From Chloroflexota bacterium (GTDB taxonomy: Bacteria > Chloroflexota > Limnocylindria > Limnocylindrales > CSP1-4): DNA of 64,000 nt. Shown here in pieces: positions 42,501-52,984 of this stretch (positions are counted from its first letter, which is position 1; each line of letters opens with the position of its first letter). The position numbers and the translations under genes were made by a program. The stretch spans positions 35,545 to 99,544 of the forward strand of contig JBFMAT010000005.1 in the NCBI GenBank assembly GCA_040755495.1, in the 5' to 3' direction. The notes under the pieces are model-generated. The model was not told the DNA's origin. It searched no databases and worked only from the letters and a program-made list of their open reading frames with translations.

Positions 42501-45000
42501 ACTGCCGAACCAAGCCGCCGGCGACCAGTGGCTCCGCGATCAACACTGGCCGTTGTGGGCCGCGCTGCGCGGGTTCGGCGTGCTCCAGCCGGCCGGAGCC
42601 AAGATCAATGGCCAGACTCCGCACGGCATCCGGATCGACTCCTTCGCTCTGTCACCGATCGGACCACTCGTCTGGCGCTGTGGCGAATGCGGGTATGTGA
42701 GTCCCGAGGCATTGCTCGATGTGTGCCCGCGCTGTGGTCAGCAAACAGCGCGGCTGCAGCCCGGCGACGACATCCGCAACTTCTATCGGCGCAGCGTTCT
42801 AGCAGCCCGGCCCGGTCCGCCATTCGATGACCCCCACCCGCTCCGCTCGATCGAGCACAGCGCTCAGATCCCCGGGGCCGAAGCTCGTGACCTAGAGCGG
42901 TGGTTCCAGGACTTCTTCCGGGATGGCGAGAATGCGCTCGACCACCGTATCGACGTGCTCTCCGTGACCACGACTATGGAGATGGGCATAGACATCGGCA
43001 GTCTGCTCACTGTTGGGCTTCGGAACGTTCCGCCAACCGTGGCCAACTACCAGCAGCGGGCTGGCCGCGCCGGGCGCCGCGGAAGTTCGATTGCCACCGT
43101 GCTGTCGTTCGCCCAGCAACGAAGCCACGACCAGTACTACTTCAGCCGCCCGCCCGAGATAGTCAGCCGGCCGCCCCGTGTTCCTGTCCTTTACCTCGCG
43201 AATTCGGTGATCGCGAGACGGCACGTGCGAGCGCTCGCACTTGAGCAGTTCTTCCGATCGTTCCTGCCAGGCGGTGGGACGGCATCCCTCTTCTCGGCGT
43301 GGGGCAAGGTCGGCGACTTCATCACGCGGCAGGGTGTGCCATCGCTGATCAGGTTCCTGGACGCTAACTTCGACTGGATGCTCGAACGTGGGGTATCCGT
43401 AGTCGACGCGACCTTTGGGGGGGTCGTGGCGGACTGGCTCAAGGAACTGCCCGGCGAGGTCGGAATCGCGATCGGCGCGACACCGTCCAGCGATGAGCTT
43501 CTGGATGCGCTATTGCAGTCGGGCCTCCTCCCGAAGTACGCATTCCCAGTGGACGTTGTCAGCTTGTCGATGCCGAGCTTCGGCGCATCGGACGATGACG
43601 ACTTTCCCAGCTCGGACACGATGCAGCGCGACCTCAAGATCGCCCTGTCGGAATACGCACCCGGGGCCGAGGTCATCAAGGGGACGTTTCCCGAGACGTT
43701 CGTGTACAAGAGCGCCGCATTGCACGATCCGTACGGTGTTGTTGGGGACTTCCGGCCCACCGGCTCACTGCTCGAGTGTCAGGATTGCCAAGCGATCTCG
43801 CTCGCAGGCGCGGATGCCCAAGGCGGTGTATGCGGCGAATGCGGTGGACTAAGCGTGCTGCCACTGCCATACCTCATCCCCAAGGGCTTCAGTGTCGATG
43901 CAGCGCTGCCAGGCGCAGGCCGCCAGCGGTACGACGGCGGCGGACGAGAGCGCAGTGGCGAGGTGCTTCCTGCGCGCCTGCTTCTCGGGGGAAGCTCATT
44001 CGCCCTTGGCGACCCTACTTCCTTCGCTCCCGCTCTCTACACATACGTCCGCAGCGGCCAGTTGTTCATGTGCAACAAGGGGCCGGATAGAGACTTCCCG
44101 GGCTTCCTTGTTTGTCCTCACTGCGGCCGCTGGCTTGACGCCGATAACCTCGGGACGCACACGTTCCCCGCTGACGTCCCCCCGCACTGGGGCCAGAGGC
44201 GCGGCCCGCGCGCCGGTTCGATGTGCCCGAACACCACCGACTTCGCGAATCAGCCGATCCTCGGGCACACCTTCCACTCGGAGGTAATCCTCCTTGGGGT
44301 GGATCTCCCGACGGATCTGGATGCCCCTTTCGCGGCACCTTCGGGACGGGCCGTCTGGTATTCCTTCGGAACCCTGGTCGCCAACGCGGCCGCTCGGGTA
44401 CTCCAGGTTGATCCCGGCGAGCTCCAAGTCGGAGTGCGCCCGGTGAGGCGTCCGGGTGGTCGTCTGCACGGCGAGGTCTTCATCTACGACGACGTCCCGG
44501 GAGGCGCTGGCTACGCACGCGGGGTCGGGCACAACCTCGATGAAGTTCTCCGTGTTGCGCGCGATCTCGCCCATGCATGTCCCAACCAGGACTGCCCTGG
44601 AGCGTGCTATCACTGCCTTCTCGAGTACGGGAACCAGAGACAGCACCCCCTCCTCGACAGACGCCTCGGCGGAGCGGTCCTGGACTTTCTCATCGAGGGC
44701 GTCAGGCCGGTGGTGCCCGAGGAGGTGGAAGACCGGGCAGCTGCGTCGTTGGCAGCGTACGCTCGGACTAGCTGGCGGGTGTCCGGGCCGGTCGCAGCGG
44801 GGACCACGCGTTTCGCCCTTGTGCTCGAGGACTCGGCGGGTGGTCGTATCGGACTCTGGGTGATTGATCCTCTCTCGGCTCGGCCCTCAGCGGCCGAGCG
44901 GCAACAGCTACTTGCCGCCTCGGGGATGCGTCCCGCTGTCCAGACGACGTTTGACCTTGACCGACGCCCGTTCTGGGTGATGAACAACCTGATCACATGA
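39547..45000 (+). CDS. DEAD/DEAH-box helicase with multiple Zn fingers and C-terminal DUF1998 (DruE-like)
   Basis: LYQHQ, ATGTGSGKTE, LYPMNALVNDQ, PPDILVTNYSML, DEAH, EHSAQ, TTTMEMGIDIG, NYQQRAGRAGRR; DUF1998 YDDVPGGAGY...CPGACYHCLLEYGNQ. Confidence 0.92.
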   Translation: MQPGDIASGGGRPRSLTPAEAYEHIKESVAQYLETQYRISNRLVTEERARLLREPGTIAQVPFIEATPAFPTAHKLAELERLYPESVPAGIAELVQHGVPVDRFALYQHQEAALLAASGSRPNLLVATGTGSGKTEAFLLPILADILREASDWPAPIAVERRGQYDPRQGWLSSRRHEARPAAVRAIVLYPMNALVNDQLSRLRRILARGESPDWQRRNLNGNVVRFGMYTGLSRPTGPWTVKWRRDKYFQYETKVDAEWQALSERLRATGGWPRPDGPEMICRWDMQLAPPDILVTNYSMLEYMMIRPIESGVFTTTADWLASDRAHHRLTLVVDEAHTYTGAKGTEVAHLIRRLRERLGITSSPHQLRTIATTASVPDHPDADESLLRFVGDLSGARSDSFSLIKLPPADPLPDPGPATGTEIDAWARFHESFDLVEPMPAVERLVRDLDLGEADRTLDPQVALYNALERDQRIKWFRSRTARRATLLSDLSLEAFGDTLSEAQRDAAAAGVLAAGSYARASDLADTPPLLSVRVHAFFRGIAGIWACLNPNCRFAEPAGTRPVGRIFTERRVWCDCGARVLEAFSCRKCGLLFLGGIPDSQQGSLWPWTDDFTGDGQDLGAYAIFGVERPHPSEMPSFRSILTTLPSHPGEMDVREVWEVAPATDSNGRQLSPFPSQCPRCRNYRQFGVQGPNVREVVEPLRTKGPRTFSIIVEDGFRVQPRSADEGSPNHGRKALLFSDSRPEAATLAADLRRDHRNDLFRQLLYRALYVCALCDGTGSLEQVEGYVIGQATSPVIGPCNACDGSGILPSPAALQYAELRARVTRLQLERGINPSGDDIRDFFAQAEAGNPAIQQATQVWFDVNLRREISEEEFSLGPLGLAEWTIQLPETTGALAPLTEPETKQFIRIIARILATEDILLPPEPVEPWGWPRDIVREWERQVIYPGNAKQGAAIPYNLEPRRKLGRYVRAVVAALVAEGRLPNQAAGDQWLRDQHWPLWAALRGFGVLQPAGAKINGQTPHGIRIDSFALSPIGPLVWRCGECGYVSPEALLDVCPRCGQQTARLQPGDDIRNFYRRSVLAARPGPPFDDPHPLRSIEHSAQIPGAEARDLERWFQDFFRDGENALDHRIDVLSVTTTMEMGIDIGSLLTVGLRNVPPTVANYQQRAGRAGRRGSSIATVLSFAQQRSHDQYYFSRPPEIVSRPPRVPVLYLANSVIARRHVRALALEQFFRSFLPGGGTASLFSAWGKVGDFITRQGVPSLIRFLDANFDWMLERGVSVVDATFGGVVADWLKELPGEVGIAIGATPSSDELLDALLQSGLLPKYAFPVDVVSLSMPSFGASDDDDFPSSDTMQRDLKIALSEYAPGAEVIKGTFPETFVYKSAALHDPYGVVGDFRPTGSLLECQDCQAISLAGADAQGGVCGECGGLSVLPLPYLIPKGFSVDAALPGAGRQRYDGGGRERSGEVLPARLLLGGSSFALGDPTSFAPALYTYVRSGQLFMCNKGPDRDFPGFLVCPHCGRWLDADNLGTHTFPADVPPHWGQRRGPRAGSMCPNTTDFANQPILGHTFHSEVILLGVDLPTDLDAPFAAPSGRAVWYSFGTLVANAAARVLQVDPGELQVGVRPVRRPGGRLHGEVFIYDDVPGGAGYARGVGHNLDEVLRVARDLAHACPNQDCPGACYHCLLEYGNQRQHPLLDRRLGGAVLDFLIEGVRPVVPEEVEDRAAASLAAYARTSWRVSGPVAAGTTRFALVLEDSAGGRIGLWVIDPLSARPSAAERQQLLAASGMRPAVQTTFDLDRRPFWVMNNLIT

Positions 45001-46130
45001 GCGCGGCCACAGACTGGACGGTCAAGCGCGCAGAGTGGGCCCCTCGGTCGCGGCCATCCCCGCCACTTGGGGTGACATCAGCGGCCGTCGCTCGGTCATG
45101 CGGGCTGCGCCTGCTCTTCGAGCGATCGGACGCATATGCGCGGCGCCTGTCCTTTGCGGCCCGCATAGGGACGGCATTCCACCGGACGATGGAACGTCTC
45201 TCCGAGGAAGGTGTGCCCGCGAATGCGGCCGAGGCTGCCTTGATCGCACAGGTGGTATTTGACGACGAGCTCGCGGCACAAGCTCTGGCTGCCGACACGG
45301 CGTTTCGAGAAGGATCACTGCCCCGGGATGAGCGGAGGGTGCAACTGGCGAAGGAGGCGGCCGTCGCTGAGGCGGTTCGCATGGCACGCAATCCGCAGAC
45401 CTCGACGCCAACCGAAACGGCAGCGGGCGGCGTACCAGGGGCTGGGGATGGTACCTGGGTCGAGGTACCGGTCGCCTCAGCTGACGGGTGGCTCAGAGGG
45501 CGCATCGACCGGATAGAGCGACATGCCGGCAGGCTTCGACTCGTGGACTACAAGTCCACTCTTCGTGCGGACTTGCCCGAACGGTACGAGCGCCAAGTCA
45601 AGGTGTACGCAGCTATGTGGGAGCAGACCTTTGGCTTCTGGCCGAACGAGGCCGCGATCGTCTACCCCCTCCTCGGCACCGAAGCCACGCTTGAGCTCAA
45701 TCCGGAGGAGTGCACCGAACTCGCAAATGACGACTCCGCGGTGCTTCGTGAGGTCTGCACGCGTGGAGCACCTCGAGATCACGCGCGGCCCGGCGATGTG
45801 TGCAAGGCATGCGAGTTCCGGCCATGGTGCGAGCCGTTCTGGGCGGCTCAGGTAAGCGACGCAAATACGGAGGCAGACGTGCTGGAGCGCGCCTACCTCG
45901 GCTTCGAAGGGACTGTCGTTGAGGTGCTAGACGGCCCAGGCTTCGTGCGTGGCAGCGTCACGTGGCGTGGACGGCCTGTCAGCTTCATCGCCGATCCCGA
46001 ACGGTTTCCGCAACTTCGGTCTGCTCGTCCGGGAATGAACCTCCGATTCCTGGAGTGGCGGCTCAGGGGTCAACGGCACGCTCCACAGGCGTTTGCGTCA
46101 GACACCGGGGAACTGTTCCTTGTCGACTGA
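44997..46130 (+). CDS. PD-(D/E)XK nuclease, Cas4/RecB-like
   Basis: GTAFH, LRGRIDRI...VDYKS, QVKVYA, C-x2-C-x5-C (CKACEFRPWC) plus an N-terminal Cys; ATGA overlap with the helicase. Confidence 0.88.
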   Translation: MSAATDWTVKRAEWAPRSRPSPPLGVTSAAVARSCGLRLLFERSDAYARRLSFAARIGTAFHRTMERLSEEGVPANAAEAALIAQVVFDDELAAQALAADTAFREGSLPRDERRVQLAKEAAVAEAVRMARNPQTSTPTETAAGGVPGAGDGTWVEVPVASADGWLRGRIDRIERHAGRLRLVDYKSTLRADLPERYERQVKVYAAMWEQTFGFWPNEAAIVYPLLGTEATLELNPEECTELANDDSAVLREVCTRGAPRDHARPGDVCKACEFRPWCEPFWAAQVSDANTEADVLERAYLGFEGTVVEVLDGPGFVRGSVTWRGRPVSFIADPERFPQLRSARPGMNLRFLEWRLRGQRHAPQAFASDTGELFLVD

Positions 46131-46134
46131 TGAG

Positions 46135-47499
46135 GTGCCGCCGACCGCCGCCACGGGCCGCACCCGTGAGCTCGTCGACTCGATCCGCACCGCGATGGAC
46201 GAGCACCTCGCGGGCCTGGGGCTGTCCGGGGCGACCGGATTGCAGTCGACGAAGGAGGCTGTGCGGCAGAGCCACGCGGCCCAACGCCAAGAGACCCTCG
46301 CACGGGAGAAGCCGGCGCTCCAAGCCCGCTGGCGCGAACTCATGTCCTGGTTCGCCAGCGGCAGCGATGTCAACCCATCCACCGTGGCGCCTGCTCTGGT
46401 CCAGGTATCGAGTGGCGACGAGACCTCGCTGGTCTTCCGCCTGGCGACGTTGCTCTGGTCCGTCCCGGTCTCGCGCGGGTATGGGCGCAGGATGCGGTAC
46501 CTCGTGGTCGATGAAAGCAATGGGCACCTGATCGGTGTGCTCGCGCTCGGCGACCCGGTGTTCAACCTCCGGGTCCGAGACACTCACATTGGCTGGACTG
46601 TCGATGAACGGCGGGACCGACTGGTCAACATCCTCGACGCGTTCGTCGTGGGAGCAGTGCCTCCATACACTCAGCTCATGGGCGGGAAGCTTGTGGCGAG
46701 TCTGCTCGCGTCGCGAGAGGTCTCGTCGGACTTTGATCGACGATACGGCGAGAGCGTGGGGATCATCAGCGGGAAGGCCAAGACAGCGAGGCTGGCGCTC
46801 GTCACGGTGACGAGTGCGCTCGGTCGATCGTCGATCTACAACCGATTGCGGCTTCCGGGTCGCGTGGAGCTGCAATCCGTCGGCCTTACCGAGGGCTGGG
46901 GCCACTTTCACGTCCCGGAAGCGGTGTTTGCGGACATGCGACGCCTGCTGGAGCTCGAGGGACACCCGTACGCGTCAGGACACCAATACGGAACGGGCCC
47001 GAACTGGCGGCTTAGGGTGATCCGGGCATCGCTCATCAGAGTCGGGTTGGACCCAGCGTTGCTCCGGCACGGAATAGCTCGCGAAGTGTTCGTCATGCCA
47101 CTTGCGCAGAATTGGCGGCGCTACCTCAAGGCGATTGACGACCGGGCGGTCATCGACCGGCCATCCGCGCGCGACATTGGGCTGGCGGCAAGGACTCGGT
47201 GGATTGAGCCTCGCGCGGCTCGAACCCCCGAAGCGCTGCGCTGGTCCCGCGACGACCTTGCCGGTGACTTTGAGTCCATGTTCGCAAGTCCCGAGCAGGG
47301 CTCGGGCGAGCAGGTCGCGGCCACCATCGACGCAACGGCTGAGCTCTCGCAGAACCCCTCGCCGAACTCGCCAACTGTACAAGGGCCATCACCGCTGCAT
47401 GCGGAACTCATACCCGAAGAACCCATGGGGCCGGGGGCGACCGGATCCAGCCTGCCGGAGGTGGCCTGGATCCCTCGCATCGGGACGAGCACAGGATGA
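46135..47499 (+). CDS. DUF4338 / Druantia DruA-like protein
   Basis: WSVPVSRGYGRRMRYLV, IGVLALGDPVFNLRVRD.HIGW, GAVPPYTQLMGGKLVA, TSALGRSSIYNR; GTG 46135 (alternative TTG 46093). Confidence 0.8.
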   Translation: MPPTAATGRTRELVDSIRTAMDEHLAGLGLSGATGLQSTKEAVRQSHAAQRQETLAREKPALQARWRELMSWFASGSDVNPSTVAPALVQVSSGDETSLVFRLATLLWSVPVSRGYGRRMRYLVVDESNGHLIGVLALGDPVFNLRVRDTHIGWTVDERRDRLVNILDAFVVGAVPPYTQLMGGKLVASLLASREVSSDFDRRYGESVGIISGKAKTARLALVTVTSALGRSSIYNRLRLPGRVELQSVGLTEGWGHFHVPEAVFADMRRLLELEGHPYASGHQYGTGPNWRLRVIRASLIRVGLDPALLRHGIAREVFVMPLAQNWRRYLKAIDDRAVIDRPSARDIGLAARTRWIEPRAARTPEALRWSRDDLAGDFESMFASPEQGSGEQVAATIDATAELSQNPSPNSPTVQGPSPLHAELIPEEPMGPGATGSSLPEVAWIPRIGTSTG

Positions 47500-47511
47500 G
47501 AGACCGGCGGC

Positions 47512-48534
47512 ATGCCTGACGTACGTGTTGCCCTGGACACCAATGTCTGGGCGTTTCTCACTGATCGAGACGAGGCGCAGAGCTTCGCGCGCTGGTGTCG
47601 GTCGCGCGGCATCACTGTTGTTGTCCCGCCTGCAACCCTGCTCGAGATCTCTCGCACGAAGGATCCCATCCGCCGGGCGCGAATCCTCGCGGCCGCCACA
47701 ACTCCGCCTCGGATCCACCCGCGTACCGAGGCCGCCGAGGAGTCCGCTGAGTTCATCGAGGAGATCCGGCGACTGCGGCCGTCGTGGATCCGGGAGAAGC
47801 CCATCCACGTCGCTGACTTCGAGAGCCTGGATAGGCTCTGGACGCGAAGAGTCCCACGCTTCGCGAAGTACAAGCCGGATGTCCTCGGCGAGATGACTCG
47901 CACGATGGAGTCAGGGCGCCTCGAGTATGAGCAGCAAGCGGTGGTGGACTCCCAACGCTCGCGCCAAGACGCACTCCGCGCGCAAGGACGCGAGGTGAAC
48001 CTCGGCAACCTACACGACACGTGGGTTTCGCCTGCCGACGGATCCGACCCGGCCTATTGGACGCCCTTGCCTCTGAGCGGCCGCATCGAGGAGTGGCGAT
48101 TCCAGAATGCCGTAGTCTTCTGGTCTACCCTCCAGCAGCCGGCGACATACGGCAGGACGCTCGGCCGTGACACGACCCGAGCGGACTGGATTGAGCCATT
48201 CGTCGACCTCGGAGCGCTACGTCGAGACCACGCCGACTTCAACCGGCTCTGGTTCGAGGAAATCGCTCCCGAACGCGTGCTGCGCAACTGGCTCCGATGG
48301 GCGCTGCAGCTCGCCCAAGTTAGGTTCCGCCTGGGTCGCGGGAACGCGACCGATGAGCAGCAGGCCGCATACCTACCCGACTGCGACGTATACGCGACCG
48401 CCGACCACCGGTTCCACCTCGCACTCGAAGCGGTATGTCGGCAGGCGCCGAGGTCGGTTGCCAAGGTGGTCTATGTCGATCGGAATGCAAGCTCGGCTGT
48501 TGCGGCCATCGAAGTCGCGATCAGTGCGGTTTGA
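47512..48534 (+). CDS. PIN-like domain protein with a large insertion
   Basis: N-terminal VALDTNVW and TLLEI; C-terminal DEQQAAYLPDCDVYATADHRF. Confidence 0.65.
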   Translation: MPDVRVALDTNVWAFLTDRDEAQSFARWCRSRGITVVVPPATLLEISRTKDPIRRARILAAATTPPRIHPRTEAAEESAEFIEEIRRLRPSWIREKPIHVADFESLDRLWTRRVPRFAKYKPDVLGEMTRTMESGRLEYEQQAVVDSQRSRQDALRAQGREVNLGNLHDTWVSPADGSDPAYWTPLPLSGRIEEWRFQNAVVFWSTLQQPATYGRTLGRDTTRADWIEPFVDLGALRRDHADFNRLWFEEIAPERVLRNWLRWALQLAQVRFRLGRGNATDEQQAAYLPDCDVYATADHRFHLALEAVCRQAPRSVAKVVYVDRNASSAVAAIEVAISAV

Positions 48535-48655
48535 CTGTCGCCAACCCCGAAGACATGAGGGGCTGGCGCATGGCGATGCCATACTGGGGTCACGCCAACC
48601 CACGATGATCGGCGGGTGACACCGACGGTGCTCGGCACTGCTTGCGGCTCACCGG

Positions 48656-48760
48656 ACCTATCCAGAGTGCCCGAGAGTCCCGGCTCGATGACGGCACGGC
48701 AACCCGCGCACGTCCCAGGTGCCGAAGGTGCCCCTTCCGGGATCGATAGGTGAGGGATCC
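48656..48760 (+). ncRNA. SAM-I clan riboswitch (likely SAM-I/IV-like variant)
   Basis: P1 ACCTATC/GATAGGT, ATCCAGAG, P2 with GAGAG...CTCGATGA kink-turn-like motif, GGCAACC...AAGGTGCC P3; P3 loop GTCCC is complementary to downstream GGGAT near the RBS. Confidence 0.8.
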
Positions 48761-48762
48761 CG

Positions 48763-48846
48763 ATGACCAGCGAGACCGCCGACCTCGTCGACGCACCCCC
48801 TCGGCTGCTCCAGCTCCGCCGCACAAACGCCCGCACTAAGCGGTGA
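48763..48846 (+). pseudogene. 27-codon ORF under the SAM riboswitch, possibly a truncated gene remnant
   Basis: ATG 12 nt after P1; MTSETADLVDAPPRLLQLRRTNARTKR*; runs into the 3' end of the convergent fnr-like gene. Confidence 0.35.
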
Positions 48847-49642
48847 TTGTGTTCGGTTTCCCCTTCGGCCAGTACAGCTCCTTCTTGACGTGGAACTCGG
48901 GGAAGCCGCGGTCCATCAGCGCCCGCTCCACGTTGAGGATCATGTCCGGGTTGCCGCAGATGTAGACGACGGTCCGGTCGGGCCGCAGCCCGTGCTCGCG
49001 ACAGACGTCCATGATCACCTGCTCGGCGCGCCCCACGCGCCCCGCCCAGCCGGCGTTGCGCGGGTCCGCGGGCCGCGAGATCGTGGGCACGTAGCGCAAC
49101 CGGTAGGCGGGGTCCTGCTGCCACGCCTCCAGCTCCCGGCGGTAGCCCAGCTCGTCGGCGAACGAGCAGCCGTTGAGCAGCACCGTCTTGCGCGGCTTCC
49201 CCTGGGCCATCGTCTCGCGGATCATCGAGATGAACGGCGCGATGCCGGTCCCGGTCGACACGTACAGGTGGGTCCGGTCGTCGTCGGGCTCGAGCATGAA
49301 CTTGCCCTTGGGTCCGATCATCCGCATCCGGTGCCCCACCGGCAGCCGCCACAGCGCGGTCGTGAACCGGATCACCGGCACGTGGCGCACGAACAGCTCG
49401 TAGCCCTCGGTGTTCGCGACGGACGGCGCGGACGCCACGGAGTACGGCCGTTGGAGCATCTTGCCGTCGGTGACGACGCCGGTGGTCATGTACTGCCCGG
49501 GCTCGAACGGCGTGGCCGCGCCGTCGAACTTGACCCAGAAGCAGGCGAGGTCGTGGGTCAGGTCCTCGCGCCGGACGAGGGTCGCGTTGTACGACTCGGC
49601 ATCGGCCTCGATGACCCGTGGGTCGTCGTGGTGATTGGTCAC
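48836..49642 (-). CDS. Ferredoxin-NADP+ reductase (Fpr-like)
   Basis: FEPGQY, RPYSVAS, GPKGKF, STGTGIAPFISM, VYICGNPDMI. Confidence 0.92.
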   Translation of the reverse strand: MTNHHDDPRVIEADAESYNATLVRREDLTHDLACFWVKFDGAATPFEPGQYMTTGVVTDGKMLQRPYSVASAPSVANTEGYELFVRHVPVIRFTTALWRLPVGHRMRMIGPKGKFMLEPDDDRTHLYVSTGTGIAPFISMIRETMAQGKPRKTVLLNGCSFADELGYRRELEAWQQDPAYRLRYVPTISRPADPRNAGWAGRVGRAEQVIMDVCREHGLRPDRTVVYICGNPDMILNVERALMDRGFPEFHVKKELYWPKGKPNTITA

Positions 49643-50149
49643 GGCATGGCTCCCGGAAGCTACGCGACGTGGTGCACTCAGCGGCGGCGGACTCCCGTGA
49701 GTGTACTGCCGGCCGCGTGCCGGACCGGAGTCCGTGGTGCCAGCCGGACATCGGGACTCACAGTCTCGAGGTACCGGACACCCCGGCCCGGCGCTCGACC
49801 GCCAGTCCTGTGGGCGACCATCGAGCGCCCCGACAGGCGGCACGCCCGGTCGGGGACTGGACGCTGGGTCCCGTACTGAGCAGGGTGCGGCCAGCGTTGG
49901 TGACTGGCAGTCCGGCGCGGGCCCCTGCGCGTATCTCGGGGGTCGCGACGATGGCGACGGGCGGTCCGGCCCGGTTGCGCACGGCCGGCCGGCCCCCGCG
50001 GACGGGCACTTCGGGGCCCGCGCGGCAACCCATCCGCAACCCGGGTCCGCGCGGGTGGCGGCGTACAATCGCCACGTTTCCCAAGAGGTGCCTCGCGGGC
50101 CGCGTCCCCACGGCCGCCCGCCGTTGTCGAGTCAAGGAGCCCCTGCACG

Positions 50150-52933
<2,784 letters not shown>

Positions 52934-52984
52934 CCGCGGGCTGGCCGCGGGCGCACCCAGCCGGCACCCGGCCCGCCCGGCCGC

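Noticed and set aside
39547-45000. DISARM DrmA/DrmB or Dpd DpdJ assignment
   Set aside because: Helicase and DUF1998 are fused, and there is no methyltransferase, PLD or dpd gene; the DUF4338 neighbour points to Druantia
39120-48650. Prophage, ICE or IS origin of the island
   Set aside because: No integrase, transposase, tRNA or clear terminal repeats were found
49650-50140. Possible ncRNA in the 500-nt fnr/ppdK divergent intergenic region
   Set aside because: Only a TACAAT -10 (50064) and generic GC hairpins; no recognisable RNA family
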